Source: Nitrospiria bacterium (lineage in GTDB: Bacteria > Nitrospirota > Nitrospiria > DASWJH01). Taken from it: a stretch of 64,000 bases of DNA. Under the pieces are notes generated by a model that was not told the DNA's origin, did not search any database, and saw nothing but the letters and a program-made list of their open reading frames with translations. Every line of letters starts with the position of its first letter. Positions within the stretch are counted from its first letter, which is position 1. Location of the stretch: positions 4,172 through 68,171 of the forward strand of contig DASWJH010000048.1 of the NCBI GenBank assembly GCA_036397255.1. The letters run 5' to 3'. Below are positions 8,687 to 19,087 of the stretch, piece after piece. The translations under genes were made by a program, and so were the position numbers.

Positions 8687-9892
8687 TTAATTGGAACCTG
8701 GGTTTGATTTCAGCAATTGTTGGTAACTCTTCTCGTAATTTTCTGCCATTATTCGCGAGGAAAATTCTTTAAATACTTTTCCATAACCCCTTTCTGAAAA
8801 TAATTGGGCTTGTTCTTTATCGGAAATGAGAAATTTTATTGAATCCGCTAATTCAACCACATTTCCAGGGTCCACTAACAGCCCATTAAATTTATCCTCG
8901 ATGAGCTGAGGAATTGCCCCTACTCTTGTAGATACAATCGGTTTTTTAGAGGCCATGGCTTCAAGCAAAACCATTGGTAATCCTTCATATAGGGATGTAA
9001 TAACAAAAACGTCCATAATCTTATAAAGTGTTGCCACATCCTTCCTTAATCCTGCAAAAAATGTATTTTCGGCAATTCCCAATGATAAACTTAAACCATG
9101 CAAATTCTCCTTTTCAGGACCTTCACCTATTATGAGGAAACATGTCTTTGGGTACTCATGAACGACGATCTTTGCAGCACGTATAAAGTTTTCAAACCCT
9201 TTTTCAGGAGATAACCTTCCCACACATCCCACAATTGTACATTCCTTTGGAACCCCAAGTTGATTTCGGAGGAGGTTTTTATCCACCCAGGCCTGAGATT
9301 CATATTCGTTAAGATTAACCCCATTATTTATTATTTGGATTTTATTTTGTTTAATTCCGTATTTCACCAGTTCTTCCTTCACTAACGGCGATACGGCTAT
9401 TATTGAATCAAAAAATCGCAACAAATATTTGTCTATACGAGAATACCACTTAAGCTTTTGGTTGAAGGTGTTCCAATTATGACATGTCGCTAATCGATGC
9501 ACCTTTAACCAATATGATGCCAACAGGGCATAAAAATCCGATTTATAATCATGGGAATGAATAATATCAACCTTTTGCTCTAGGAGAAACTTGCGAATCT
9601 CACGTATACTCCTTATATCCAATCTTCCCTCACAAGGGAAAATCACGTTTTCAATTCCTTTTTCGTGAGCCCTTTCAGCAATTTCTGTATGAGGATTTTT
9701 AGAATTTCTTAGGACGCCAATAATGGGTTTAAATCCAAGAACAGGGCCTTCTTGGGCAAGGGACAACAGGATAGTCTCACCGCCAAATATACCTAAGCTG
9801 CTGCATAAGTGCAAAACCTTGTATGCCATAAAATTAACAAGAGAAATTAATTTAACCCCTTGTTGCTTCGTAGGGTAGGTGGGCTTTCCCAA
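8687..9892 (-). CDS. glycosyltransferase family 4
   Basis: It has a GT-B layout and contains ITSLYEGLPMVLLEAMASKKPIVSTRVGAIPQLIED (the E-x7-E motif). Confidence 0.8.
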   Translation of the reverse strand: MGKPTYPTKQQGVKLISLVNFMAYKVLHLCSSLGIFGGETILLSLAQEGPVLGFKPIIGVLRNSKNPHTEIAERAHEKGIENVIFPCEGRLDIRSIREIRKFLLEQKVDIIHSHDYKSDFYALLASYWLKVHRLATCHNWNTFNQKLKWYSRIDKYLLRFFDSIIAVSPLVKEELVKYGIKQNKIQIINNGVNLNEYESQAWVDKNLLRNQLGVPKECTIVGCVGRLSPEKGFENFIRAAKIVVHEYPKTCFLIIGEGPEKENLHGLSLSLGIAENTFFAGLRKDVATLYKIMDVFVITSLYEGLPMVLLEAMASKKPIVSTRVGAIPQLIEDKFNGLLVDPGNVVELADSIKFLISDKEQAQLFSERGYGKVFKEFSSRIMAENYEKSYQQLLKSNPGSN

Positions 9893-9900
9893 ATAGTAAA

Positions 9901-11130
9901 TTATTTTTGGTAGGTAACTGGCCTGTTTTTTTCAATATGATTCCTAATAAATGCCTCCAGTCTATCCCTTATTTCGACTTTCTCATTTATTAAGTTAATC
10001 TTCTCACCGTAATCCTCTTTCCAATTATACAGCTCAAAAATTGACTCCCCATAATTGGCTATCATTTTCCATTCCCCATTAATTGCGCAGGCATAATTTC
10101 GGCTTTGCTCGCTTATAATAAATTTCGTTTTATAATCACTTTCTCTATTGTACATAAGCGGCATTAGGCTGTTCCCATCAAAATCATAGTTTACCTGTAT
10201 ATCCAAAACATCCAATACCGTAGGAACCAAATCCATAAGGCTGACAGGATAAGAACAAATTTGGCTTTTAATTTCTAAATCCTGAGGAAACTTAATAAAC
10301 AGGGGAACATTAATCATTTCGTTACAAAATATATCCGGATGACCATAGTATCCCCTGGTACCAAATAGATCGCCATGATCTCCTGTAATAATAATCATCG
10401 ATCGACTATCATCGTTTTCGTTCAGCAACTCCCCAATTTGAGAATCCAGGTACTTCATTTTCTCTTTGTAAACCGCAAGCATTTTCTCCTTTTCACTTGG
10501 ATTTATTTTCTCAGGGGAAATAGTAGCCTTTTTCCACACACTTCCTGCCTCCATTCTATTTTTGAATTGCCATCCCGATCTGGAAATATATGGACCGTGT
10601 ATATCCATATAATGCAAGCTAACAAAATACGGTAATTTGTCTTTTTTAAAGTTTTGCCGGATCTGGAAATTTAACTCTTCTCCTGAACTATAAGGATCCC
10701 TCAGGAGGGTTTTCAGTAAAAGGAGGGCCTCTAGCAAAGGCCCATGCATATTCTTGAATAAGATGCCATCATCCCTAAATACATTAAACCCTTTTTCAAA
10801 TTTCCTCCAACTCGACGTGCATGGATTGGCAGTAAAACCATACGTGGAATATCCATTTTTTTGAAGTATTTGCGACAACATCGTCCTTTTTGGAGAAACA
10901 GATTTATACCAATCTCCATATCGACACGGGCAACATCCCGAAAGGATTGCAAGAGCTGACACCGCTGTTCGAACACCAGCCGAATAGGCTGAGGTAAAAG
11001 TAACGCACTCTTTTGAAAAAGCATCCAGGTTGGGGGTCAAATTTTCAATTCGGGCCCCCTCATTGAAACATCCAACAAAATTTCGATTCCAAGAGTCAAC
11101 AATAACCAATACGATATTATACTTCGGCAC
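9901..11130 (-). CDS. sulfatase-like protein (alkaline phosphatase superfamily) with an atypical active-site region
   Basis: It has an N-terminal IVLVIVDSWNRNF metal-ligand block and IIITGDHGD. The canonical C/S-x-P-x-R position reads VRTAV instead, and a CCPCR pentapeptide lies just downstream. Confidence 0.55.
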   Translation of the reverse strand: MPKYNIVLVIVDSWNRNFVGCFNEGARIENLTPNLDAFSKECVTFTSAYSAGVRTAVSALAILSGCCPCRYGDWYKSVSPKRTMLSQILQKNGYSTYGFTANPCTSSWRKFEKGFNVFRDDGILFKNMHGPLLEALLLLKTLLRDPYSSGEELNFQIRQNFKKDKLPYFVSLHYMDIHGPYISRSGWQFKNRMEAGSVWKKATISPEKINPSEKEKMLAVYKEKMKYLDSQIGELLNENDDSRSMIIITGDHGDLFGTRGYYGHPDIFCNEMINVPLFIKFPQDLEIKSQICSYPVSLMDLVPTVLDVLDIQVNYDFDGNSLMPLMYNRESDYKTKFIISEQSRNYACAINGEWKMIANYGESIFELYNWKEDYGEKINLINEKVEIRDRLEAFIRNHIEKNRPVTYQK

Positions 11131-11229
11131 TTCCTTATCCTCTATTCGTACGACTTAAAACAGTTTGAGTAATTCTATAACCCGATTCAATTCCAGAAAT
11201 CGGCTTGATGGCTCCTCAGTCAAGATAGT

Positions 11230-11970
11230 TTAAGAATTAATCGGTTTATTTATTGGCTTCTTTGCAATGACCACCAACCAAGCTCCTAACAGTGCATCTA
11301 ATGTAGATGTCTCCTTCATCATATAAAATTTCTTATAATGCTTTGGAGAAAAAAAAGAAAATATTTTTGGTCCAATAACCAGAGGTGAAAGTAAGAGTGC
11401 TCCTAACGAGAAATGTGTTGACCGAACGCTTTCACATTGAAGCCCAACGCTTTTTATGGCACTCAGTACATTAGCAAGCGTCATCGGATAACGAAAGGAA
11501 GCCGCAGGATCTTCTGCATCGGGTACGCAAACATGGGGGGGGCCAATAACATTCCAGGTGACAGATCCTGTCATCATATACAATAGGCGCCGCCGGATAT
11601 CGGCATTATTTGGAAATGAAATGATTAGATTTCCCCCTGGTTTTACAACACGGGCCAGTTCCCGTACTGCACGTCCCCTTGCCCATACACGTTGAAGTCC
11701 ATTGAGGCATGCCACTGCATCAAAAGTATTATCGCCATAAGGAAGCCGATCGTTCAGATCGGCAAATTCACAAGAGATCTCAGATAATTTAAATTGGCTC
11801 GGAAAGATATCACAGCAAGACACGTTGAAACCTTGCTCAACAAGTAACTGGGCAAAAGGACCTTCTCCCGTTGGGCAATCAAGTAACTTTTTCGCCCCTG
11901 ATTCACCAAGCACTTCCAAAGCGATTTCAAACACCTTAGAAGGAGATCCTATTGCTTTAGGTTTATTCAT
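11230..11970 (-). CDS. class I SAM-dependent methyltransferase
   Basis: LLDCPTGEGPFAQLL matches motif I (G-x-G-like), and VKPGGNLIISFP is the post-motif II/III region. Confidence 0.65.
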   Translation of the reverse strand: MNKPKAIGSPSKVFEIALEVLGESGAKKLLDCPTGEGPFAQLLVEQGFNVSCCDIFPSQFKLSEISCEFADLNDRLPYGDNTFDAVACLNGLQRVWARGRAVRELARVVKPGGNLIISFPNNADIRRRLLYMMTGSVTWNVIGPPHVCVPDAEDPAASFRYPMTLANVLSAIKSVGLQCESVRSTHFSLGALLLSPLVIGPKIFSFFSPKHYKKFYMMKETSTLDALLGAWLVVIAKKPINKPINS

Positions 11971-11990
11971 CCTCTATTTTCCCCCAAATT

Positions 11991-13334
11991 TTATACGGTG
12001 GCTGTGCTGTTCAATTCCACCATTGATTGTTTTTTATTTGCTATGATGTTTCCCCGTACCACAAGGGCCCACACGACCCAATAAAAAGCACCCAACATTG
12101 CATAGGTCCACCGGTCCCCAAAAATATTGACAATGAAACAGGCAACCACTGTAGCAGAAAAACCCAACCCCAATCCTTTTAGGAAATTATCCTCCGCCAT
12201 TAAATAGAGTTTCCATCCTCCTTTAAAGGCCAGATAGAAAAGATAAAGGAAAAGGGCAATTCCAATAATTCCCATTTCCACCAAAAACTCAACGTATCGG
12301 TTATGGGGGTCTCCTTTACTGGATAGGTACCCCCGGTTTCCCCTAAATCCCAAAACGGCCACCGTTTCATATCCATATCCAAGGGGATTTTTAATAAAGA
12401 GATCAACTCCATGCTTCCATCTTCCCAATCTACCAGCCGCGGATGATTCGAGTCCAACCTCCTCATCTTGTGTCATATTGACTCTCTCTATAGCGGATTG
12501 GGGAATTAAATAAGTCAAGATAATAGCCATGAGGGAAACAAAAACGATGGCCTTTATGTTTCGGGTGGCAACAGAGATAAAGAGAAAGGCAATACCAAAC
12601 GCTAGATAGGCCCCTCTTGAAAAGGAATAAACCATGCAATAGATGTTCAATCCTAACACTCCAATCAAGGGCCACTTCCAAGGTCCAACCTTGGAGATTA
12701 ATAAGAGTCCTAGGATTATAAAAGAATACTCGGCCCAGAATGCCCCGATTTCATTTGGACCGAGATAGGTAAAGACTCCGCTCCATCTTCTCTCCTCCCT
12801 GAAATGGCCACCGGTATGTCCAAAATTCCGGTAAAAATGAAAGCTAACAAGAAACATGGAGATAATGATTACAGAGATGAGATTAATCATCTGCCGTTTG
12901 TTATAAATTATCTTGAAGGTAACGATAAAAAGGACAGGAAGGATCATATGATTCTTCCAATTAATAAATCTCACATCCTCACCTGAAATGGGAAGATCTA
13001 GGCCATTGATGAAGGAACCGATCCACAGAAAAACATAGGTCAAAAACATATAAAATAAAATCGGTTTCATAGGGATTAAGAAATTCAAATCCCTCTCTTC
13101 TTGTTTCTCAGGCCTCAATAGACAAAGCAGAAGCAAGGTAACAAGATAGATGTCAACAATATCCTTCCCCAATGGAAAAACTTGTATTTTCTCAATGAGA
13201 ACCTGCATCGGAATAAGAGCAACGATAAAATATAGCCCAATTTCCCGCTTGTAAAATAACATGATGAAATAAGTCACAACGGAAGATATATAAATAACAA
13301 GAGGTAAATAACTTGATAGCCCAAACTTGATCAT
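11991..13334 (-). CDS. wzy: O-antigen ligase/Wzy-like polymerase family membrane protein
   Basis: It has about 10-12 predicted TM helices with a large periplasmic loop near the C-terminal third. This is the typical Wzy/O-antigen-ligase topology. It sits next to Wzx. Confidence 0.55.
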   Translation of the reverse strand: MIKFGLSSYLPLVIYISSVVTYFIMLFYKREIGLYFIVALIPMQVLIEKIQVFPLGKDIVDIYLVTLLLLCLLRPEKQEERDLNFLIPMKPILFYMFLTYVFLWIGSFINGLDLPISGEDVRFINWKNHMILPVLFIVTFKIIYNKRQMINLISVIIISMFLVSFHFYRNFGHTGGHFREERRWSGVFTYLGPNEIGAFWAEYSFIILGLLLISKVGPWKWPLIGVLGLNIYCMVYSFSRGAYLAFGIAFLFISVATRNIKAIVFVSLMAIILTYLIPQSAIERVNMTQDEEVGLESSAAGRLGRWKHGVDLFIKNPLGYGYETVAVLGFRGNRGYLSSKGDPHNRYVEFLVEMGIIGIALFLYLFYLAFKGGWKLYLMAEDNFLKGLGLGFSATVVACFIVNIFGDRWTYAMLGAFYWVVWALVVRGNIIANKKQSMVELNSTATV

Positions 13335-14860
13335 CCCAAACCCATTCTGTCAGCCTTCACAAGATAGTTCAATCTCTGTCTTTCTCTTAAATCCAGGGTA
13401 AACAAATAGGAGGAAACAAAAAAAACCCCTATAATCATCACTGCGAGGAAACCAAACATGGGAATGGAATCTACAATATCCTTTTTCAGGAGGTAGTATA
13501 TCAACAGGACTGGAATAAGGCTAAAAACATTCTTTAAAAGGTATTTCGTATAATACTCCCAGAGGTCTATTCTATATACCCTGCAGGTAAATATTGGAAT
13601 CAAGGTTAGATTTACGATGCATAGTGGAATTGTGTAGGCATATGCCAATCCGACGAGACCATGGGTTTGTATTAAAAAAAAACTGAGAATGAATATAGAT
13701 GCAGACTCTAAAACTGTAAAAAAGGACAACACTTTGTGCTTTCCCGTAGCCTTAAGAAGGCTGTGGGTTGTGGATTGAGAAAGCTGGGAAAGGGCCCCTA
13801 TGGACAAAATCATCAGAATCGTCCCGCTTACCGGAGCGTATTCATCACCGATCCACAATGCTATGAAAGAATCCCCATAAAACATAAAAATGAAGATAAC
13901 TGGAATTGCGATAATTAAGGATATTCGGGTAAAACTCAAATAATATTCCTGAATCTTCTGTTCATTGTCTTTAGCATCCAACTGGCTAAACCGGGGAATT
14001 AAAACCTTAGATATGGCCAGTATGAAATTTTGTAAATAGATAATAAGATTATTCGAAATGGCAAAAAAAGTAATTGCGTTAGGAGACATAAAGATTGCAA
14101 TCACAATCGACCAAATAGAAAGATTTATTTTCTTGCAAATATTAATTATAAAAATATAAAAGGAAAAATTCATAATTTTAACCAGTGCATTTTTCCTAAC
14201 AGAACCTAAATGGATTCTCAAATTGGGAGCTGATCTTAAGGAGTAGACTGATAGGGTCAGCCCTCTTACCACATTGAAAAATGTTTGATTCAATACAATA
14301 GCCATTAGCTGGTATCCGTTTAATAAAAGAATTACCGCTGCAATTGAGCGAGCAATAAATATAATAGTTGTTATGATATTGACTTCAAAAAATTTTTGTT
14401 CTGCACTTAAAATAGCGGAAAAGGCATAAAAAACAAATTCTAGGGCTAGATTTAGACCGGCAATAACAAAAATTACCATGTAAATGCGGTTATCCATGAA
14501 GCTAAACAAGCTCCCTAAAAAAGGTGCGATGGAAAGAATCAATAAAGAGGTGCCTACACACAAGATTAAAAAAATAAACAGTCCAGAATTAAATATTTCA
14601 TTGGCAGATTTGTGGTCACTTAACTCGAAATATTTCGATAAATACCTCACGTTGGCGGTGTTTAACCCAAGATTTAGCAACTCCATATAACCGATTAGGG
14701 ATAAAATAAGTACCCATATTCCATATTGAGAATCCCCCAGTTTGTGGATGAAAAAGGGGGTAAGGAAGAACCGGATAGCCGTTATTGTCGAATACATTCC
14801 CCAGGTTGAAAATATATTTTTAATTACTCGACTTCCCATTGATCCCTTTCCAGTCGCCAT
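13331..14860 (-). CDS. wzx: polysaccharide flippase (MOP superfamily, Wzx-like)
   Basis: It is 509 aa with about 12-14 TM helices and the MATE/MOP-like repeat organisation. It is coupled by an ATGA overlap to the Wzy-like gene. Confidence 0.6.
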   Translation of the reverse strand: MATGKGSMGSRVIKNIFSTWGMYSTITAIRFFLTPFFIHKLGDSQYGIWVLILSLIGYMELLNLGLNTANVRYLSKYFELSDHKSANEIFNSGLFIFLILCVGTSLLILSIAPFLGSLFSFMDNRIYMVIFVIAGLNLALEFVFYAFSAILSAEQKFFEVNIITTIIFIARSIAAVILLLNGYQLMAIVLNQTFFNVVRGLTLSVYSLRSAPNLRIHLGSVRKNALVKIMNFSFYIFIINICKKINLSIWSIVIAIFMSPNAITFFAISNNLIIYLQNFILAISKVLIPRFSQLDAKDNEQKIQEYYLSFTRISLIIAIPVIFIFMFYGDSFIALWIGDEYAPVSGTILMILSIGALSQLSQSTTHSLLKATGKHKVLSFFTVLESASIFILSFFLIQTHGLVGLAYAYTIPLCIVNLTLIPIFTCRVYRIDLWEYYTKYLLKNVFSLIPVLLIYYLLKKDIVDSIPMFGFLAVMIIGVFFVSSYLFTLDLRERQRLNYLVKADRMGLG

Positions 14861-14883
14861 GTCCCTGAACTTTCCCGCCTATT

Positions 14884-16521
14884 CTAAAGGGTATTCCGTT
14901 TATAAACCTTGCTTCTATTTTCTCGATTGTCATTAAATACGAGATCAAACTCTTGTTCGATAAAGGAAATTATTTCAGGACCTACATAAGAATCTGATTT
15001 ATAATCTAAAATGACCCAAACTGGACTTTCTGCGTCATCAATAAGTTGCTGAAGCTTGCCAATTGTGTCGATGAGGGGTTTCCCATAGTAAGGTTCATAG
15101 GGTTTTTCAAAGGAGGTAAATCCTTCTTCCCCCTCACCACCGATCTTTTTCTGGCGAAGATAAAAAAATTGATAGTCAGGACCTAAAAAGAATAGACCAT
15201 ACTCGAGGGTTGTTAAAATTATTGGATCATTCGGTTCCACGTGTGAACTCAGATAGTGGTATGAAGGAGCCAGGTTCTGGTTAACCCGCAAATCGTGGTA
15301 ACCGAAGGCCTGCCCTACATATCCCAAAAACGCTCCCGAGGTGTTAATCTTATTTAAGACCACAATTCCCATTGCCATGACCACAAAGATGCTCAGGGTT
15401 GTTAGCAGCAGATATCGTCTGTTAATGAAAACGCTAGCCAAATCTTTGTGTAAGACCCCGTAGCTTTTAACCAACCGCTGACCTTCGAGTTCTTTCTTGC
15501 ACCATAAGGTAAGTGTCCCAATCATCTGAGAGCACGCCAAGATATAAAGGGGAACCCATCCAACAATGATCCTGTGTTGAACGCGATAGGTTAGGAAAGA
15601 TCCAATGATCAATGCCGGCAAAAGGACCACCAGGGGATAATGAAGGCGAAGATCTCCCTTACCGATTATCCAAACAGCCATTATTAAGAAGAATGGCATA
15701 GAAAAGGGTAATAGCTTGTCCAATGCCCGCCAAGGATAAATCAGGTTTCCGATGATCTCCTTTATAGGCATGCCTGCGTGAATCAGAATAGGTTGCCCAA
15801 CACCTGAATGGGCAGTAAAGGATTCGTAAGTCCCAGGAATCTCATAGATCTTGACAAACCAAAAAAACAGACCCCAAATGACAAGTCCAACGTATAACGG
15901 GGTCTCCTTCCACCAACCCGGAATTCGATAAACGAGAAAAGTAAAGGCGAAGATCGGGCCAACCAAGACTCCTGCCTCCGAACTCAGCATAGTTGCAGCC
16001 ATAAAAAAGATCGCCAACCACTTTGATACCACCCTACCCTTGATAAAACCCATATAAAAAAAGTACATGCTTAATGTATAGAAAGCTGCATAGGTAATAT
16101 ACATTCGCCCCGACAACGAAAATTGACTAAACAGAGAAGAAACAGACAGGATCAAAGCAGCCAAAATTGCAATCTGAGGGTTGGAAATTTCTTTTCCAAG
16201 AAGGTAAATGATAAAAATAGTCAATAGACCAAACAGAATTGAATTCAATCTCATCGAAAAATAGTCAATACCGAAAATGCCGATCGGTATCGATAGAAGG
16301 TAGTGGTGAAAGGGAGCACGCGTATAAAGAGAATTGGAGGGAAGATACGGTAACCCTGTCCTGGAAATCGAATCAGCCACCACGGAACTTAATATCTCAT
16401 CGGTATACGTAACGTAATCCCCCACGTAATTGAACTTCCAGAAAGCTGACAAAAATAGAATTAAAAAAAGAAGGAGCGGATATTTTATTCGAAACAAAAA
16501 AGGCCCAAAAGATGAACTCAT
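14884..16521 (-). CDS. GT-C fold membrane glycosyltransferase (ArnT/PMT-like, GT39/GT83 family)
   Basis: The first TM helix is followed by a loop YVTYTDEILSSVVADSISRTG, which resembles the ArnT DE-x-RYAE loop. It then has more than 10 TM helices and a C-terminal soluble domain. Confidence 0.5.
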   Translation of the reverse strand: MSSSFGPFLFRIKYPLLLFLILFLSAFWKFNYVGDYVTYTDEILSSVVADSISRTGLPYLPSNSLYTRAPFHHYLLSIPIGIFGIDYFSMRLNSILFGLLTIFIIYLLGKEISNPQIAILAALILSVSSLFSQFSLSGRMYITYAAFYTLSMYFFYMGFIKGRVVSKWLAIFFMAATMLSSEAGVLVGPIFAFTFLVYRIPGWWKETPLYVGLVIWGLFFWFVKIYEIPGTYESFTAHSGVGQPILIHAGMPIKEIIGNLIYPWRALDKLLPFSMPFFLIMAVWIIGKGDLRLHYPLVVLLPALIIGSFLTYRVQHRIIVGWVPLYILACSQMIGTLTLWCKKELEGQRLVKSYGVLHKDLASVFINRRYLLLTTLSIFVVMAMGIVVLNKINTSGAFLGYVGQAFGYHDLRVNQNLAPSYHYLSSHVEPNDPIILTTLEYGLFFLGPDYQFFYLRQKKIGGEGEEGFTSFEKPYEPYYGKPLIDTIGKLQQLIDDAESPVWVILDYKSDSYVGPEIISFIEQEFDLVFNDNRENRSKVYKRNTL

Positions 16522-16524
16522 AAA

Positions 16525-17922
16525 CTACAGATACCCCAAACTTTCTAGATTTTTCTTAGTTAATTCATCCACTGAAGATTGTTTTTCGTGTTCTATTTTT
16601 TGATTCATCGCTTGCCATTTTAAAAGTTTTTTCTTTAGCTCTGCCGCAATAATCTTTTCCTCACCAATCTTATTGAAACGTTCATCTTTGTCGCGCCCAA
16701 TATCGTACAGCTCTTCTTTTCCACTCTCACTTTTAATAAATTTATGATCGCCTTGCCTAATCATTACCATAGGGTCTTTAAATCGCCGAACCACCTCACT
16801 TGAGTCCGGATTTCCAACCCGCTTCATGATGAAGCTTGGAATTCTCCCTTCCCATTCCGCAATAATAAACTCATGAAAAATTTCCTTGGTTCCTCCCAAG
16901 CTCACCCCTTGGACTTTCTCTGATAACTGTTGATCTAAACCCAATACGTCAATTACCGTAGGGAAAACATCCACTAACTGCACAAGGCTTGACATCCACT
17001 TTCCATTATCTGAGCGTCCAGGATATTTAATTATTAAAGGGATATGGATTATTGGCTCGTATAGGCTAGAAACATGGGAATAAAGATTGTGTTCCCCGAA
17101 GTGTTCGCCATGATCCGCGGTTAGGATAATCATGGTCTCATCATAGATTCCTTCCCGCTTCAAGAAATCTGTGAGTTCGCCTATTTTTTGGTCCAAATAG
17201 TTTATCTCTGCATCATATAGCGCTTTCAATGCTTCAATTTCATTGGAATTCAGTGTCATTTCATCTACAAAATAAATAAGGGGATTATTAGCAACCAGGC
17301 CCACCTTCTTCAGATCGATATTTTGGAGAGAAATGTCTTTCCAATATCGCGCTTTAAAGGCAGATGGGGGATCAAGGGGGTTGTGAGGTTCTATGTAATG
17401 GAGAAACATATAGAAAGGATTATCCCGACTATCCAGGAACGATCGAAAAGCCAGTTGATTGGTTCGATGTGCACCATGGTCGCTAACACCCATGATACCG
17501 GCACCCTTTCTCAATAAAAAATTGATTCCCCTTTGAACCAGTGACGTTGAGGGTTGCCCCTTCCAAATTTCTTGATAAACCTGGTGCCCCTTTTCGAGTC
17601 CGACGAGTTCTCCCACCTGGGAGTTATTAATAAAACCAAAAGTCTTATAACCACACCCCAACAGAACCTGAGCAAGGGTCGGAATGTCACGCCTCAAACG
17701 ATTTTCACCAACAGCCCCATGACTCGAGGGGTATAAACCTGTTAGCAGAGAGGCATGGGCCGGAGGAGTCCACACGGCAGTCGAATATGCTTTCTCATAA
17801 ACGACCCCTTCCCTCCCTAGCTGATCGATGTTAGGGGATGTGGGCCGCTTGTAACCGTAGCAAGTAAGATGGTCGGCTCGTAACGTATCGATAGATATCA
17901 ACAAAACATTTGGACCTTTCAC
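16525..17922 (-). CDS. sulfatase-like protein (alkaline phosphatase superfamily) with a non-canonical nucleophile motif
   Basis: It has NVLLISIDTLRADHLTCYGY (a choline-sulfatase-like start). AYSTAVWTPPAHASLLTGLYPSSHG occupies the place of the canonical AAPVCSPSRAALLTG, so there is no Cys/Ser-x-P-x-R. Later it has ILTADHGEHFGEH. Confidence 0.55.
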   Translation of the reverse strand: MKGPNVLLISIDTLRADHLTCYGYKRPTSPNIDQLGREGVVYEKAYSTAVWTPPAHASLLTGLYPSSHGAVGENRLRRDIPTLAQVLLGCGYKTFGFINNSQVGELVGLEKGHQVYQEIWKGQPSTSLVQRGINFLLRKGAGIMGVSDHGAHRTNQLAFRSFLDSRDNPFYMFLHYIEPHNPLDPPSAFKARYWKDISLQNIDLKKVGLVANNPLIYFVDEMTLNSNEIEALKALYDAEINYLDQKIGELTDFLKREGIYDETMIILTADHGEHFGEHNLYSHVSSLYEPIIHIPLIIKYPGRSDNGKWMSSLVQLVDVFPTVIDVLGLDQQLSEKVQGVSLGGTKEIFHEFIIAEWEGRIPSFIMKRVGNPDSSEVVRRFKDPMVMIRQGDHKFIKSESGKEELYDIGRDKDERFNKIGEEKIIAAELKKKLLKWQAMNQKIEHEKQSSVDELTKKNLESLGYL

Positions 17923-19079
17923 CGTAATTTTCCCTCCAAAATTTGTATGTAGAAATCCTCCATCTTTTTTACCATTTGTTCCAATGAAAAATTATCCTGG
18001 ACCCTTTTTTTACCTTTTTCTCCCATTGCCATTCGAAGGCTAGGATTCTGATAGAGCTGTAATATGGCATTGGCCAACTGGACCGGGTCATTGGGTGGAA
18101 TTAAGATTCCTGTATCCCCCATCACAACCGCTTCCGCGTTCCCACCCACATCAGTGGCAATTATTGGCTTTCCCATAACCATTCCCTCCAAAATAGCATT
18201 TGAAAATCCTTCGTTACTTCTAGGCACAAGACAGACAAGATCCATTAATGCAATGTATCGTTCAACATTTAGAACCGATCCCATAAATTTTACTCGACCT
18301 TCCAAGCCTTTAGTCTTGCATAACGCTTTAAAATTTGCCTCAAGCGGGCCATTTCCAAGGATCAAGACGGCCCATTCTGGAATCTGATTCCGAATTTTAT
18401 CAATAGCAGCAAAAAAAACATCGTAAGCCTTTTCAAATCGGAAATAGGAAATGATTCCGATCACAAATGCTTTTGGAGATATCCCAAGGTTGTTTCGCAA
18501 ATTGAGGATGTCATTCATCTTCACCACTGGGAATTGGTCTAAATCAACACCATTATATATCGTTGTCATTTTTCTCATTGGAATACCCTCGGTTTTGTGC
18601 ATTGCTTTTCCAACTGAATCACATACCATGTTGAAATGATCAACAAATCGGTTCATAAATTTGCATAAAAGAACCTGGTGAGCTTTCTTGAGATCTCCCA
18701 TATCTCTACGGCTTGAAACGATTCTCTTTACTCCCCCAATCTTTGATATGAAGACTCCGTAGGTATCAGATTTAAAATGATAACTCTGAACAATATCAAT
18801 ATGGTAGTGTTTAATAAGACGAAGAAGTTTTAATGCCTGATAAATCGCATGAGGTCCATAAATTCTGCCAACCCGGATGTATTCAACCGGAACACCTACG
18901 CTCCTAATCCTTTCCACAAAGGGACATTCCTCCATATCAAAAGAGCAGATAATGCTATTGAACCGATTCCGATTGAGATGTTTGACCAGATTAGCAATAT
19001 GCGTTTCCGTTCCACCACCGTTCTTGTATGTATCTACGAGAAAGAGAATATTAATTTTTCCACTCTTCTTTGAAACCAT
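17919..19079 (-). CDS. glycosyltransferase family 4
   Basis: It has a GT-B fold and contains PRSNEGFSNAILEGMVMGKPIIATDVGG (E-x7-E). Confidence 0.8.
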   Translation of the reverse strand: MVSKKSGKINILFLVDTYKNGGGTETHIANLVKHLNRNRFNSIICSFDMEECPFVERIRSVGVPVEYIRVGRIYGPHAIYQALKLLRLIKHYHIDIVQSYHFKSDTYGVFISKIGGVKRIVSSRRDMGDLKKAHQVLLCKFMNRFVDHFNMVCDSVGKAMHKTEGIPMRKMTTIYNGVDLDQFPVVKMNDILNLRNNLGISPKAFVIGIISYFRFEKAYDVFFAAIDKIRNQIPEWAVLILGNGPLEANFKALCKTKGLEGRVKFMGSVLNVERYIALMDLVCLVPRSNEGFSNAILEGMVMGKPIIATDVGGNAEAVVMGDTGILIPPNDPVQLANAILQLYQNPSLRMAMGEKGKKRVQDNFSLEQMVKKMEDFYIQILEGKLR

Positions 19080-19087
19080 AATCAGAT

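Noticed and set aside
10930-10945. CCPCR pentapeptide in the first sulfatase-like protein as a formylglycine C-x-P-x-R motif
   Set aside because: Aligned by eye to canonical sulfatases, it sits about 4-5 residues downstream of the position where CxPxR precedes AALLTG. The true motif position reads VRTAV. It is therefore probably coincidental. I kept it as an uncertainty rather than a claim.
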